40,448 bases of DNA from an uncultured Legionellales bacterium. GTDB lineage: Bacteria; Pseudomonadota; Gammaproteobacteria; Eutrophobiales; Eutrophobiaceae. The notes beneath the pieces are model-generated. The model did no database searches and was not told the DNA's origin. It saw nothing but the letters and a program-made list of their open reading frames with translations. Position 1 is the stretch's first letter. Each line of letters opens with the position of its first letter. Of the stretch, positions 9,245 through 17,313 are shown piece after piece. The DNA is taken from contig CAJWIE010000001.1 of the NCBI GenBank assembly GCA_913041115.1, forward strand, positions 1-40,448. The letters run 5' to 3'. The position numbers and the translations under genes were made by a program.

Positions 9245-9799
9245 ATGATGTTTGATCAGATTGAAATGATGAGAGATTTTTTTACTAAAGGCGGGCCTGT
9301 CTTAGTGAGTATTTTTTTGCTTTCTATAGTTTTATGGATATTGATTCTTGAGCGATATTATTTTCTTTTTAAGGTATGTCCAGGAAAAATTAATCAAATT
9401 GTCAAAGAATGGCAAGAGCGACAAGATCATTCATCTTGGTATGCATTAAAGATTAAAGATGGTCTAGTAAGTGAAGTATCAACCGCATTAAAACAAAATC
9501 TTATACCAATACAAACGTTAACTGGCATACTCCCTTTACTAGGATTATTAGGTACTGTAACTGGAATGATTTCAATATTTGAGGTTTTAAATGTTTTTGG
9601 CACGGGTAATGCTCGTGGAATGGCAGAAGGAATATCGAGAGCTTTGTTGCCAACAACAGCTGGTTTAGCAACATCTATTATTGGAATATATTTTAGTGCC
9701 GATCTAAATAAACGCGCTAAAACGAGAGAAATGATGGCAAAAGATGCATTAACGATTGAAAGAAAAACAAATAAAATTCAAGATCTACTGACTAAATAA
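9245..9799 (+). CDS. exbB: ExbB (MotA/TolQ/ExbB proton channel), short form
   Basis: 184 aa. Motifs are LPLLGLLGTVTGMISIF and GISRALLPTTAGLATSIIG. It is immediately followed by exbD and tonB. Confidence 0.85.
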   Translation: MMFDQIEMMRDFFTKGGPVLVSIFLLSIVLWILILERYYFLFKVCPGKINQIVKEWQERQDHSSWYALKIKDGLVSEVSTALKQNLIPIQTLTGILPLLGLLGTVTGMISIFEVLNVFGTGNARGMAEGISRALLPTTAGLATSIIGIYFSADLNKRAKTREMMAKDALTIERKTNKIQDLLTK

Positions 9800-9804
9800 C
9801 AATC

Positions 9805-10212
9805 ATGAGACAAACACACGCAAAGCAAGAATCAGAAGTTCAAAATATAGACTTAACACCTCTTATTGATACTGTATTTATTTTATTAATATTTTTTCTA
9901 GTTACATCTTCTTTCACGAAAGAATCAGGTATTGATGTTGATAGACCAACTGCGCAAACTGCTGTTAGAGAAGAGCAAGGGAGTATGATTATAGCAGTTA
10001 GTAAAGAAGGAGAGGTTTGGATAGATAACAATAAAATAGAACTTAATGCGGTACGCTCACATGTTGAACGTGCACATGCCCAAAATCCTGAAGGAACAAT
10101 AATAATACTAGCAGATCAGAATTCGAGAACAGGAATCACTGTGGAAGTACTTGATCAAGTTCGTCTAGCTGGAGTTACAAATGTTTCAATAGCGGCTTCT
10201 AATGAAGAATAA
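9805..10212 (+). CDS. exbD: ExbD/TolR biopolymer transport protein
   Basis: 135 aa. The N-terminal helix is DLTPLIDTVFILLIFFLV, carrying the conserved membrane Asp. The periplasmic domain ends ...IIILADQNSRTGITVEVLDQVRLAG. Confidence 0.9.
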   Translation: MRQTHAKQESEVQNIDLTPLIDTVFILLIFFLVTSSFTKESGIDVDRPTAQTAVREEQGSMIIAVSKEGEVWIDNNKIELNAVRSHVERAHAQNPEGTIIILADQNSRTGITVEVLDQVRLAGVTNVSIAASNEE

Positions 10213-10232
10213 AAAATATTTTATTCTCTACT

Positions 10233-10919
10233 ATGAAAATACCCAAGCTAAATATTCTAGAAAATACAAAGATACCTACATTTATTATTGTTGCAATAAT
10301 TTTAAATATTGCCATATTTATTCTTATCCAAAGACTTGTTAATAGAGAGCATGGTTTCGATATCAATCTAATTGATAGAAACTTTCTTGATTTTACACGC
10401 GTTATTGAAAAACCTATCCCGCCTCCAGAAAAAATTGAAGACATTGAGCCACCACCTGAAGAAGAGGATCCGCCACCTCCCGAAATGCCGACACCTGAAA
10501 TCGAAAAACCTCAGCAAATGGATGTTGAATTATCTACACCTGAAATTGATGTGCCAATGTCAATGGCAGGAGAGCCATATTTAGGAGAAATTGGTGATGG
10601 CTCAGGAAACGCAGGTGGATTGGGTCATCCGGGAAAACCTAATATTGATAGTAACGTTGTTCCTTCGCTCAGAATACCTCCAGCTTACCCTAAACGCGCA
10701 CTTCGTAGCGGTATCGAGGGTATTGTAACGGTTGAATTTACAATTACCATAGATGGGTCTGTTAAAGATGCTGAGATTGTAGAAGCAAAGCCGCCCAATA
10801 TCTTTGATAAAGCTGTATTAAGAGCAATTGCAAAATGGAAATTCAATCCTGATATGGTAGACGGTCAACCCGTAGAGAAACGAGCAAGACAAGATATAAA
10901 ATTCACACTAAAAAAATGA
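10233..10919 (+). CDS. tonB: TonB energy transducer
   Basis: 228 aa. It has an N-terminal TM and the Pro/Glu-rich spacer PIPPPEKIEDIEPPPEEEDPPPPEMPTPEIEKP. The C-terminal TonB domain is PAYPKRALRSGIEGIVTVEFTI...DGSVKDAEIV...FDKAVLRAIAKWKFNP. Confidence 0.9.
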   Translation: MKIPKLNILENTKIPTFIIVAIILNIAIFILIQRLVNREHGFDINLIDRNFLDFTRVIEKPIPPPEKIEDIEPPPEEEDPPPPEMPTPEIEKPQQMDVELSTPEIDVPMSMAGEPYLGEIGDGSGNAGGLGHPGKPNIDSNVVPSLRIPPAYPKRALRSGIEGIVTVEFTITIDGSVKDAEIVEAKPPNIFDKAVLRAIAKWKFNPDMVDGQPVEKRARQDIKFTLKK

Positions 10920-12145
10920 TTTTTTTCAAAACAATGAATATGAAGCAAATAATATTAAGTATTTTAATAGTCATTTTTTCATATACAGCAAACGCTAGAG
11001 ATAATTACTCACTACAAACAGGAACATACTCTGTTCTCAATAAAGTTCAAAAAGATATGGATGAGGGTAAGAATGAGGAAGCATTAAAAAAATTAGAAAA
11101 AATTATATCATCAGGAAATATCAAAGATTATGATTCTGCAGTTATTTATCAAACAATTGGTTTTGTGCAAAATAATTTAGGAGATTTCAAAGCAGCTGCG
11201 GAAAATTATACAAAAGCATTATCTTATAAAGTATTACCAGAAGATATTACTCACGGTCTTTACTACACAGTTACTCAATTACTTGTATATTCAGAGAGAT
11301 ATCAAGAAGGAATTGAATATATTCTAAAATGGTTTGCAAAAGAAAAAGAGCCTAAGGCTGAAGCCTATATTCTTGCCGCAACTGCATATTATTATCTTGA
11401 AAATTATAGTGAAGTTATTAATTTTGCTAGCAAAGCTTTGCCTTTAATAAAAACTCCGCCTTTAAATTGGTATGAACTCTTATTGGCTGGGTATTATGAA
11501 ACAGAAGATCTGAATAATGCAGCAATAATTCTTGAAAATATAATCTTCAAATATCCTGCAAGAAAAAAATATTGGATCCAACTTGCTGGCATATACCAAA
11601 GATTAGAAAGAGACGAAAAGGCATTAGCTATTTTTGAGCTAGCTTATGCAAAGGACTTCTTAAAAAAGAAACAGATAATACAACTATGTAAAAATTATCT
11701 TTATTTTGAGATGCCTTATAAAGCAGCAGTAATTTTGGAAAAAGAAATGGCTACTGGAAGAATTGATAGTACTCTTGAAATGTTAAATATGTTAGTAGAT
11801 GCATGGATACTAGCTCAAGAAAGCGAAAAAGCTGAGTCTGTATTTAATGAAATTATTAATTCATATAACGATGAAAAATCTAGACTAAGACTTGGTCAAC
11901 TCCACATTGAAAATGAACAATGGGAAAAAGCAGTTGATGTTCTAAATGTTGAGCTTGAAACAGAAGATATAACCCTACTATCAAAAATAAGCCTCTTACT
12001 AGGCATTGCTCTATTTAACTCAGAAAACATAGCTGAAGCTAGAGAATCATTTACCCAGGCATTATCTGATAAAACAACTGAAGAGCAAGCTAAATGGTGG
12101 CTGGATCATATTAAAAGAAAAAGCGAAGTAACTAAAAATAGCTAA
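10916..12145 (+). CDS. TPR-repeat protein (TtpD-like terminal gene of TonB2 clusters)
   Basis: 409 aa with an ATGA overlap with tonB. The true start may be ATG 10940, giving signal peptide MKQIILSILIVIFSYTANA. There are multiple TPR-like helical repeats (A..Y.KAL...P...). Confidence 0.7.
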   Translation: MIFFKTMNMKQIILSILIVIFSYTANARDNYSLQTGTYSVLNKVQKDMDEGKNEEALKKLEKIISSGNIKDYDSAVIYQTIGFVQNNLGDFKAAAENYTKALSYKVLPEDITHGLYYTVTQLLVYSERYQEGIEYILKWFAKEKEPKAEAYILAATAYYYLENYSEVINFASKALPLIKTPPLNWYELLLAGYYETEDLNNAAIILENIIFKYPARKKYWIQLAGIYQRLERDEKALAIFELAYAKDFLKKKQIIQLCKNYLYFEMPYKAAVILEKEMATGRIDSTLEMLNMLVDAWILAQESEKAESVFNEIINSYNDEKSRLRLGQLHIENEQWEKAVDVLNVELETEDITLLSKISLLLGIALFNSENIAEARESFTQALSDKTTEEQAKWWLDHIKRKSEVTKNS

Positions 12146-12199
12146 ATAGTTATTTTTATATTATCCATAAGACGAAAATACGTCGGAATATTATTTTTA

Positions 12200-13147
12200 A
12201 TGAAATATATATATTTATTAATACTAAATATCTTTGCTATTCCAAATTTTTCATACGCTAATAACGACATTGAAAGCTTATGTAAAAAGTTTCCAATATC
12301 AACTAAGGTGCGTGAAATTCATTCAAATCATGACGATAATATTATATTTAAATCTGGTGTTTTGTGGAAAATTATTACTCCAAACAAAAAGACTAACTAT
12401 CTATTTGGAACAATACACTCGCAAGACTATTCTGTAAGTAAATTTTCTCCTGAAGTTAGATTAACGTTAGTGAAAAGTAAGAAATTAATCTTGGAAATTA
12501 TTCCGAATAATGATGCAAATGTAATCTATAAAAACAAGATGTATTACAAAAACGGGGAACAACTTAATAATCTTATAGAAAAACCTCTTTTTCAAAAACT
12601 TACAGAACAAATAAAATATTATGATTTAAGCGAAGGTGAATTAAATAATCTTAAGTATATGAAACCGTGGGCAGCATTTAATTTAATTGGAAGACCTAAA
12701 CCTGTTCGAGCTCCAACGCTTGAAAGTAATTTACTAAAATTAGCGCAAGAAAGAATGCTAGAAATAGATTCACTCGAAACTATGGATGAAATAATATCAT
12801 CTCTAGATGAATTATCTATACATGATCAACTTAATATACTAAAAGATACAATATGTAATCGTAAATATATAATTGAAGAAACAAAAACATTAATTGGTTT
12901 ATATATTAAGCGTAATGCTTTAGAGATTGTTAAATTTAGTAAAAAAAAACATGCTAATGAATCAATATATAATCAGTTTATGGAAAAAATGCTACACGAT
13001 AGAAATAAAAAGATGATAAAAAAAATATCCAATGAATTTGAAGAAGGAGATGTGTTCGTTGCCGTTGGTATTTTACATCTTATTGCCAAGCGTGGGATAT
13101 TAGAAAAACTTCAAAATCTAGGTTATGCTATTGAGACAATCTATTAA
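12200..13147 (+). CDS. TraB/GumN family protein
   Basis: 315 aa with a signal-like N-terminus. The family-typical motif is LWKIITPNKKTNYLFGTIHSQD, and the C-terminal part is VAVGILHL...GIL..L...GY. Confidence 0.7.
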   Translation: MKYIYLLILNIFAIPNFSYANNDIESLCKKFPISTKVREIHSNHDDNIIFKSGVLWKIITPNKKTNYLFGTIHSQDYSVSKFSPEVRLTLVKSKKLILEIIPNNDANVIYKNKMYYKNGEQLNNLIEKPLFQKLTEQIKYYDLSEGELNNLKYMKPWAAFNLIGRPKPVRAPTLESNLLKLAQERMLEIDSLETMDEIISSLDELSIHDQLNILKDTICNRKYIIEETKTLIGLYIKRNALEIVKFSKKKHANESIYNQFMEKMLHDRNKKMIKKISNEFEEGDVFVAVGILHLIAKRGILEKLQNLGYAIETIY

Positions 13148-13152
13148 TTTGA

Positions 13153-13449
13153 TCATTTTTTTGAATTAAATTTTTCTTTTTGTTCTGTGGTAGCTTCCTT
13201 TTGGTATTTCTTTTTCCACTCCAAATATGGTATGCCATAAATAATCTCTCTAGCCGATTCGTAATCAATCTTAATATCTCTTTCCTCGGCAGCTGCTCTA
13301 TACCATTTCGAAAGACAATTTCTACAAAAATCAGCTAAATTCATAAGATCAATATTCTGTACTTCTGTATGAGCTCTTAAATGCTCTAACAATCTTCTAA
13401 AAGTTGCCGCCTCAATTTCTACTCGCTTATTTTTGTCTATTTTTTTCAT
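13153..13449 (-). CDS. DUF1244 family protein
   Basis: 98 aa. FRRLLEHLRAHTEVQNIDLMNLADFCRNCLSKWY matches my recollection of the DUF1244 core. It lies 5 nt downstream of the sigma-54 regulator on the same strand. Confidence 0.65.
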   Translation of the reverse strand: MKKIDKNKRVEIEAATFRRLLEHLRAHTEVQNIDLMNLADFCRNCLSKWYRAAAEERDIKIDYESAREIIYGIPYLEWKKKYQKEATTEQKEKFNSKK

Positions 13450-13454
13450 ATTTC

Positions 13455-14852
13455 TTACAAATTATATTTCTTGATTCGATAACGCAAGGCCATCCGTGTA
13501 ATTCCAAGTTCTCTTGCTGCCTTTGATACATTGCGATTTGTGCGTTCTAAAGCTGATTTAATTAATTGTAATTCTGCCTCACCCAATGTTATATCATGAT
13601 TAATTTCTACTTCATTATTAATTTTTTCATTTTTATCTATATTAAGAATATTAATATCGATAACCCCTCCTCCACTTAGTAAAACAGCACGCTCAATAAG
13701 GTGCTTTAATTCTCTAACGTTTCCATGCCATGAATATTCTTTAAGTTGCTTAAGTGCTTCTTTTGAAAATCCCTCAAATAATAATCCATAACGTTTTGAT
13801 GTTAAACTAGCACAGTAATTTGCTAATAATAAAATATCTTTATCCCTATCTCGCAAGGATGGCATAGTAAGTGTTATGACATTTAATCGATAATATAAAT
13901 CAGAACGAAATTCTCCTCTTTTCACTAATGACTCAATATCCCTATTTGTTGCAGCTATTATCCATGCAGCAACTGGAAGTTCTTTTGTTGAACCCAGTCT
14001 TCTTAATGATCTGCGCTCTAATACTGCTAAAAGCTTTGATTGTAAATCAATTGGTATTTCAGCAATTTCATCTAAAAATAAAACACCCTCTTCAGCAGCT
14101 TCAATTAAACCTGCTCGAGCAACATTTGCATTTGTAAATGCTCCTTTTTCATGGCCAAATAATTCTGACTCTATCAAATCTTTCGGTAAAGATGCGCAAT
14201 CAACGTGGACAAAAGGTCTTGTGTTTAAGCCGCTTTTCGCATGTAGTAAACGAGCAACCACATCCTTGCCCGTCCCAGTTTCACCAAGAATTAGTACCGT
14301 CGGTGGAACACCCGATTCAGACTGGGTGAGAGATGATATCTTCTCGACTTGCTCCCGTATAAAATTGATTTGTCTGCATTCTCCAAGAAATTTAACTTCT
14401 TCGAAAGCATGTTGTTCGCGTTTTGCTGAATAGCTTAATTTTTGCGTAAGTTCATTTTTATCAATTACTTTTTTAACATTTACATATAACTCTTCCAGGT
14501 CAATGGGTTTCTTTAGATAATCAGAAGCACCTAATTTCATTGCAGATACTGCGTCTTCAAGTTCTCCATATGCAGACATTACTAGTACTTCAGTATTCGT
14601 ATTTTTAGATTTTATTTCATTTAATAAATCAAGTCCCGAACCATCCGGCAATCGCATATCTAACAAAATAAGATCAGGAATATTTTCTTTTAAATACAGT
14701 CTTGCAGATTTTAAATCAGATGCTAAGTTAATATCATATCCTTTACGTAACAAATGTTTTTTCACTGCATTTCCAAAAACAGTTTCATCTTCGACTAAAA
14801 GAATTTGTTTTTTTAGAATAGGTATTTCAGTAGACATTGAGTCATGCATCAT
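13455..14852 (-). CDS. Sigma-54-dependent (NtrC-family) response regulator
   Basis: 465 aa. The receiver has ILLVEDE...LILLDMRLPDGSG. The AAA+ domain has Walker A GETGTGKD, ESELFGHEKGAFTNA (a variant of GAFTGA), FLDEI and FRSDLYYRLNV. The Fis-type HTH is VSKAARELGITRMALRYRIKKY. Its start overlaps the kinase stop (ATGA at 14849-14852). Confidence 0.95.
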   Translation of the reverse strand: MMHDSMSTEIPILKKQILLVEDETVFGNAVKKHLLRKGYDINLASDLKSARLYLKENIPDLILLDMRLPDGSGLDLLNEIKSKNTNTEVLVMSAYGELEDAVSAMKLGASDYLKKPIDLEELYVNVKKVIDKNELTQKLSYSAKREQHAFEEVKFLGECRQINFIREQVEKISSLTQSESGVPPTVLILGETGTGKDVVARLLHAKSGLNTRPFVHVDCASLPKDLIESELFGHEKGAFTNANVARAGLIEAAEEGVLFLDEIAEIPIDLQSKLLAVLERRSLRRLGSTKELPVAAWIIAATNRDIESLVKRGEFRSDLYYRLNVITLTMPSLRDRDKDILLLANYCASLTSKRYGLLFEGFSKEALKQLKEYSWHGNVRELKHLIERAVLLSGGGVIDINILNIDKNEKINNEVEINHDITLGEAELQLIKSALERTNRNVSKAARELGITRMALRYRIKKYNL

Positions 14853-16318
14853 GAAAATCCCTTACCTAAATTAATCGGGGCTTTAATAATTACTTCGGTC
14901 CCTTTTCCTGATTTTGTTTTAAAATCAAGTTGCCAATTATGTTTTTGGCATATCTTGAAGGCTATAGGTATTCCTAAGCCCGTACCATAACGTTTTGTTG
15001 ACGGTCCCGGCTCAAGATTTCCAGGTTTTGGCTCAAAAAGTAGCCCAGAACCGCTATCTTGAATTCGAATCTCAAGTGTATCTTTATTATTTATTATATT
15101 AATTTTTAGAATACTTGATTCCGAACTCGCATCAATTGCATTTGCTAATAAACTATATATTGCCTGCTCCATCAAATCTGGATCAACATTTAATAAAACT
15201 GAATCTTCCCAACCATTTTTTACTAGCTTTATTCTTTTTTCTTTTATTTTGTTATCAAGCACTTCTAATACTGCATCAACTAGTCGTGATGCATCAACAT
15301 TAATTAAATTTGGCTCTAAAGGGTGCAAGTACGAAACTAATGAGCTAACCCATCGACCTAAACGATCTATCGTATCTATTATGGCCTGTTTTGATTCATT
15401 AATTTCTTTTTTATTATCAGCGTGTTCAAGTAATTGTGCGCTCGCCCTAATGCTTGCTAATGGATTGCGTATGTTATGGGCAACAACTGGAATTAGTGAG
15501 CCCAATGCAACTTGCCTTTCATTTTCTAAAAGTGCTTCTCTATTACGTGATAGTTCATCAGCCATTTTATTAATCGTATTAGCTAATTCTGATACTTCTT
15601 CAACACCCTCTTCTTTTATTTGGTAATTTAATTTGCCGTGACTTATTTTACCTGCGCCTTCCATAACATTAGCAATTGGCGCAATGAATTGTATTCTCAT
15701 AATATGACGAGTATAAAAAACAATAATAAACGCAATAATAAGGGGTATAGGTATAATAAATGGTGCAAATTTTGTCCAGATTTCAAGTGTTTTATCTAAT
15801 TCTTCATGGTTACCTCTTAATAATGATTTGAATGAATGGTATCGATTTTCGAATTTCCCTACCATTTGCTGAGCAAAGGTTGGATTAAGAATCTGAATTT
15901 TTGATAAACGATCGGCAATATACGGGTTACTGAAAATATTATTCATATCAACCTGGATTTCTCTGTAAGAAAGATTCAGTTCCTGAATTGCTTGATCCTC
16001 TTTACGTGAATTCGACTTTCTTCTAAGTTCGTTAAATAATTCAGAAATACTACGTGAATATTCAGGATATGTTTCTAGCGCATGAGCATCTTCTAGTATT
16101 CGTGCGCGAATCATTTCTTGAATCTGTGCATAAAGCTCGCCTCGTATCTGTTCAGTAAGATAAAACATTGCATTTATACGGACTGATTCTGCCGAATTCT
16201 GCTGCCAAAAAAATGCTGAGACCCCACCAATCAGACCCATAGCAGCAACTAGAAATAAAATTGCAATTTCATGACGAAATATAAGATTATTTAAAGACTT
16301 AGGTGAAAAAAATGACAT
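14849..16318 (-). CDS. Sensor histidine kinase (two TM, HAMP, HisKA, HATPase_c) partnered with the NtrC-family regulator
   Basis: 489 aa. The H-box is VAHNIRNPLASIRASAQLL. The N/G boxes are LLANAIDAS...QDSGSGL...GTGLGIPIAFKI. Confidence 0.9.
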   Translation of the reverse strand: MSFFSPKSLNNLIFRHEIAILFLVAAMGLIGGVSAFFWQQNSAESVRINAMFYLTEQIRGELYAQIQEMIRARILEDAHALETYPEYSRSISELFNELRRKSNSRKEDQAIQELNLSYREIQVDMNNIFSNPYIADRLSKIQILNPTFAQQMVGKFENRYHSFKSLLRGNHEELDKTLEIWTKFAPFIIPIPLIIAFIIVFYTRHIMRIQFIAPIANVMEGAGKISHGKLNYQIKEEGVEEVSELANTINKMADELSRNREALLENERQVALGSLIPVVAHNIRNPLASIRASAQLLEHADNKKEINESKQAIIDTIDRLGRWVSSLVSYLHPLEPNLINVDASRLVDAVLEVLDNKIKEKRIKLVKNGWEDSVLLNVDPDLMEQAIYSLLANAIDASSESSILKINIINNKDTLEIRIQDSGSGLLFEPKPGNLEPGPSTKRYGTGLGIPIAFKICQKHNWQLDFKTKSGKGTEVIIKAPINLGKGFS

Positions 16319-16340
16319 AGTTGTTAATTATATCTTACAA

Positions 16341-16358
16341 TTGGTCCAAATGAACCAA
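16341..16358. promoter_or_regulatory. Inverted repeat TTGGT-N8-ACCAA in the kinase/pqqA divergent intergenic region; candidate activator binding site
   Basis: TTGGTCCAAATGAACCAA read directly. It lies about 110 nt upstream of the sigma-54-like element and about 200 nt upstream of pqqA, a position consistent with an enhancer-binding-protein UAS. This rests on position only. Confidence 0.2.
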
Positions 16359-16466
16359 ACTTTTGGATAAAATTAGCCAAAAAAAACAACAATTGTTCCT
16401 TTCATACTGGCATTTTTTATTCCTAACCAATTGTTTATTATGATAATAATAGAAAATCTCTAAAAT

Positions 16467-16482
16467 TGGCATGATATCTGAA
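16467..16482 (+). promoter_or_regulatory. Weak sigma-54 (-24/-12)-like element upstream of pqqA
   Basis: TGGCAT-GATAT-CTGAA compared with consensus TGGCAC-N5-TTGCA. The GG and the spacing are correct, but the -12 has G and not the GC dinucleotide. It is about 80 nt upstream of the pqqA ATG. Confidence 0.2.
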
Positions 16483-16561
16483 TAATAAAAAGTGCACGGT
16501 AATTAAAGTGTCCCGTTCTCATCGGGTATTTAACAACTAACTATTCTTAAGGAGAGTTAAT

Positions 16562-16636
16562 ATGAAATGGGAAACTCCAGAATATAGTGACATCCGCTTT
16601 GGCTTCGAAGTCACCATGTACATCAACAATAAATAA
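16562..16636 (+). CDS. pqqA: PqqA, pyrroloquinoline quinone precursor peptide (24 aa)
   Basis: ATG at 16562 preceded by GGAGAG (16551-16556). The translation is MKWETPEYSDIRFGFEVTMYINNK*, close to known PqqA peptides (e.g. [23 protein letters not shown]) and including the cross-linked Glu-X3-Tyr pair (E16...Y20). It is followed by an intrinsic terminator. It is too short for the ORF track. Confidence 0.85.
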   Translation: MKWETPEYSDIRFGFEVTMYINNK

Positions 16637-16655
16637 TTGTTGTCTTAGCTTAAGC

Positions 16656-16689
16656 AAAAAAAGGAGTCTTTTGACTCCTTTTTTATTTT
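16656..16689. terminator. Bidirectional rho-independent terminator between pqqA (+) and cytochrome b561 (-)
   Basis: A7 run, GGAGTC (16663-16668), loop TTTT, GACTCC (16673-16678), then TTTTTTATTTT. The A-tract/T-tract symmetry allows termination in both directions. Confidence 0.65.
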
Positions 16690-16712
16690 GCTCCCAGTGC
16701 ATTCTTATTTGA

Positions 16713-17240
16713 TCAAAACCACATTCTTTTAAATAGATGAAATTGTTTTTTATAAATATGGTACATCGCACCTGATATATGCAGAAATATAAGTAGTCCG
16801 AAAATTACTGCGCTAATATCATGCATTGTGGTGAATAACTGATTAAGTTCGGGCGACTTCCATCCCCAATGAGGCAGGGGTATTCCCCAAAATTTTGTTT
16901 TATACCCACTAAAAGAAGAGGATATATATCCTGTAATGGGTTGAATAAACATCATTAGATAAAGTAAATTATGCGTAGATACTGCCGCTATTTTTTGGAT
17001 GGGAGTTACATCATCTGGCAAAGCAGGTGATTCTGAAATAAGTTTCCAAAATAATCTAAGCAAAACTAAGAGTGCGAGTGTTAAACCCATTGATTTATGT
17101 AACGCAAAAAACCAACTTCGCTCATCACTGCCCTTCGGCAAATCAACCATATATATACCTAAAATAAACATACATATTAGTAAAATTGCCATGATCCAAT
17201 GAATAATAACTGCAACTGTATTGTATCGTCTAATATCCAT
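16713..17240 (-). CDS. Cytochrome b561 family protein (CybB-like, dihaem membrane cytochrome)
   Basis: 175 aa with four TM helices. His ligands are in the typical contexts (VAVIIHWIMAILL, FALHKSMGL, STHNLLYLMMF, FLHISGAMYH). Confidence 0.85.
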   Translation of the reverse strand: MDIRRYNTVAVIIHWIMAILLICMFILGIYMVDLPKGSDERSWFFALHKSMGLTLALLVLLRLFWKLISESPALPDDVTPIQKIAAVSTHNLLYLMMFIQPITGYISSSFSGYKTKFWGIPLPHWGWKSPELNQLFTTMHDISAVIFGLLIFLHISGAMYHIYKKQFHLFKRMWF

Positions 17241-17313
17241 TCGCTATTCCCACGTGATAATATAGTATTATAAATAACCATCTTATATACATAAATATTA
17301 AAAATAAAAAAAT

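Noticed and set aside
12171-12184. GACG-AAAATA-CGTC hairpin as a terminator after the TPR gene
   Set aside because: The stem is only 4 bp, which is too weak to call, although a T-run follows.
16408-16425. Second TGGCAT motif (TGGCAT-TTTTT-ATTCC) as a sigma-54 promoter
   Set aside because: The -12 region has neither the G nor the GC at the right spacing. Only the downstream candidate at 16467 retains partial -12 identity.
16547-16771. 74-aa minus-strand ORF from the track
   Set aside because: It runs antisense across pqqA and straight through the bidirectional terminator hairpin, and it overlaps the cytochrome b561 3' end. It has no SD and no recognisable motif. The locus is better explained by pqqA plus the terminator.
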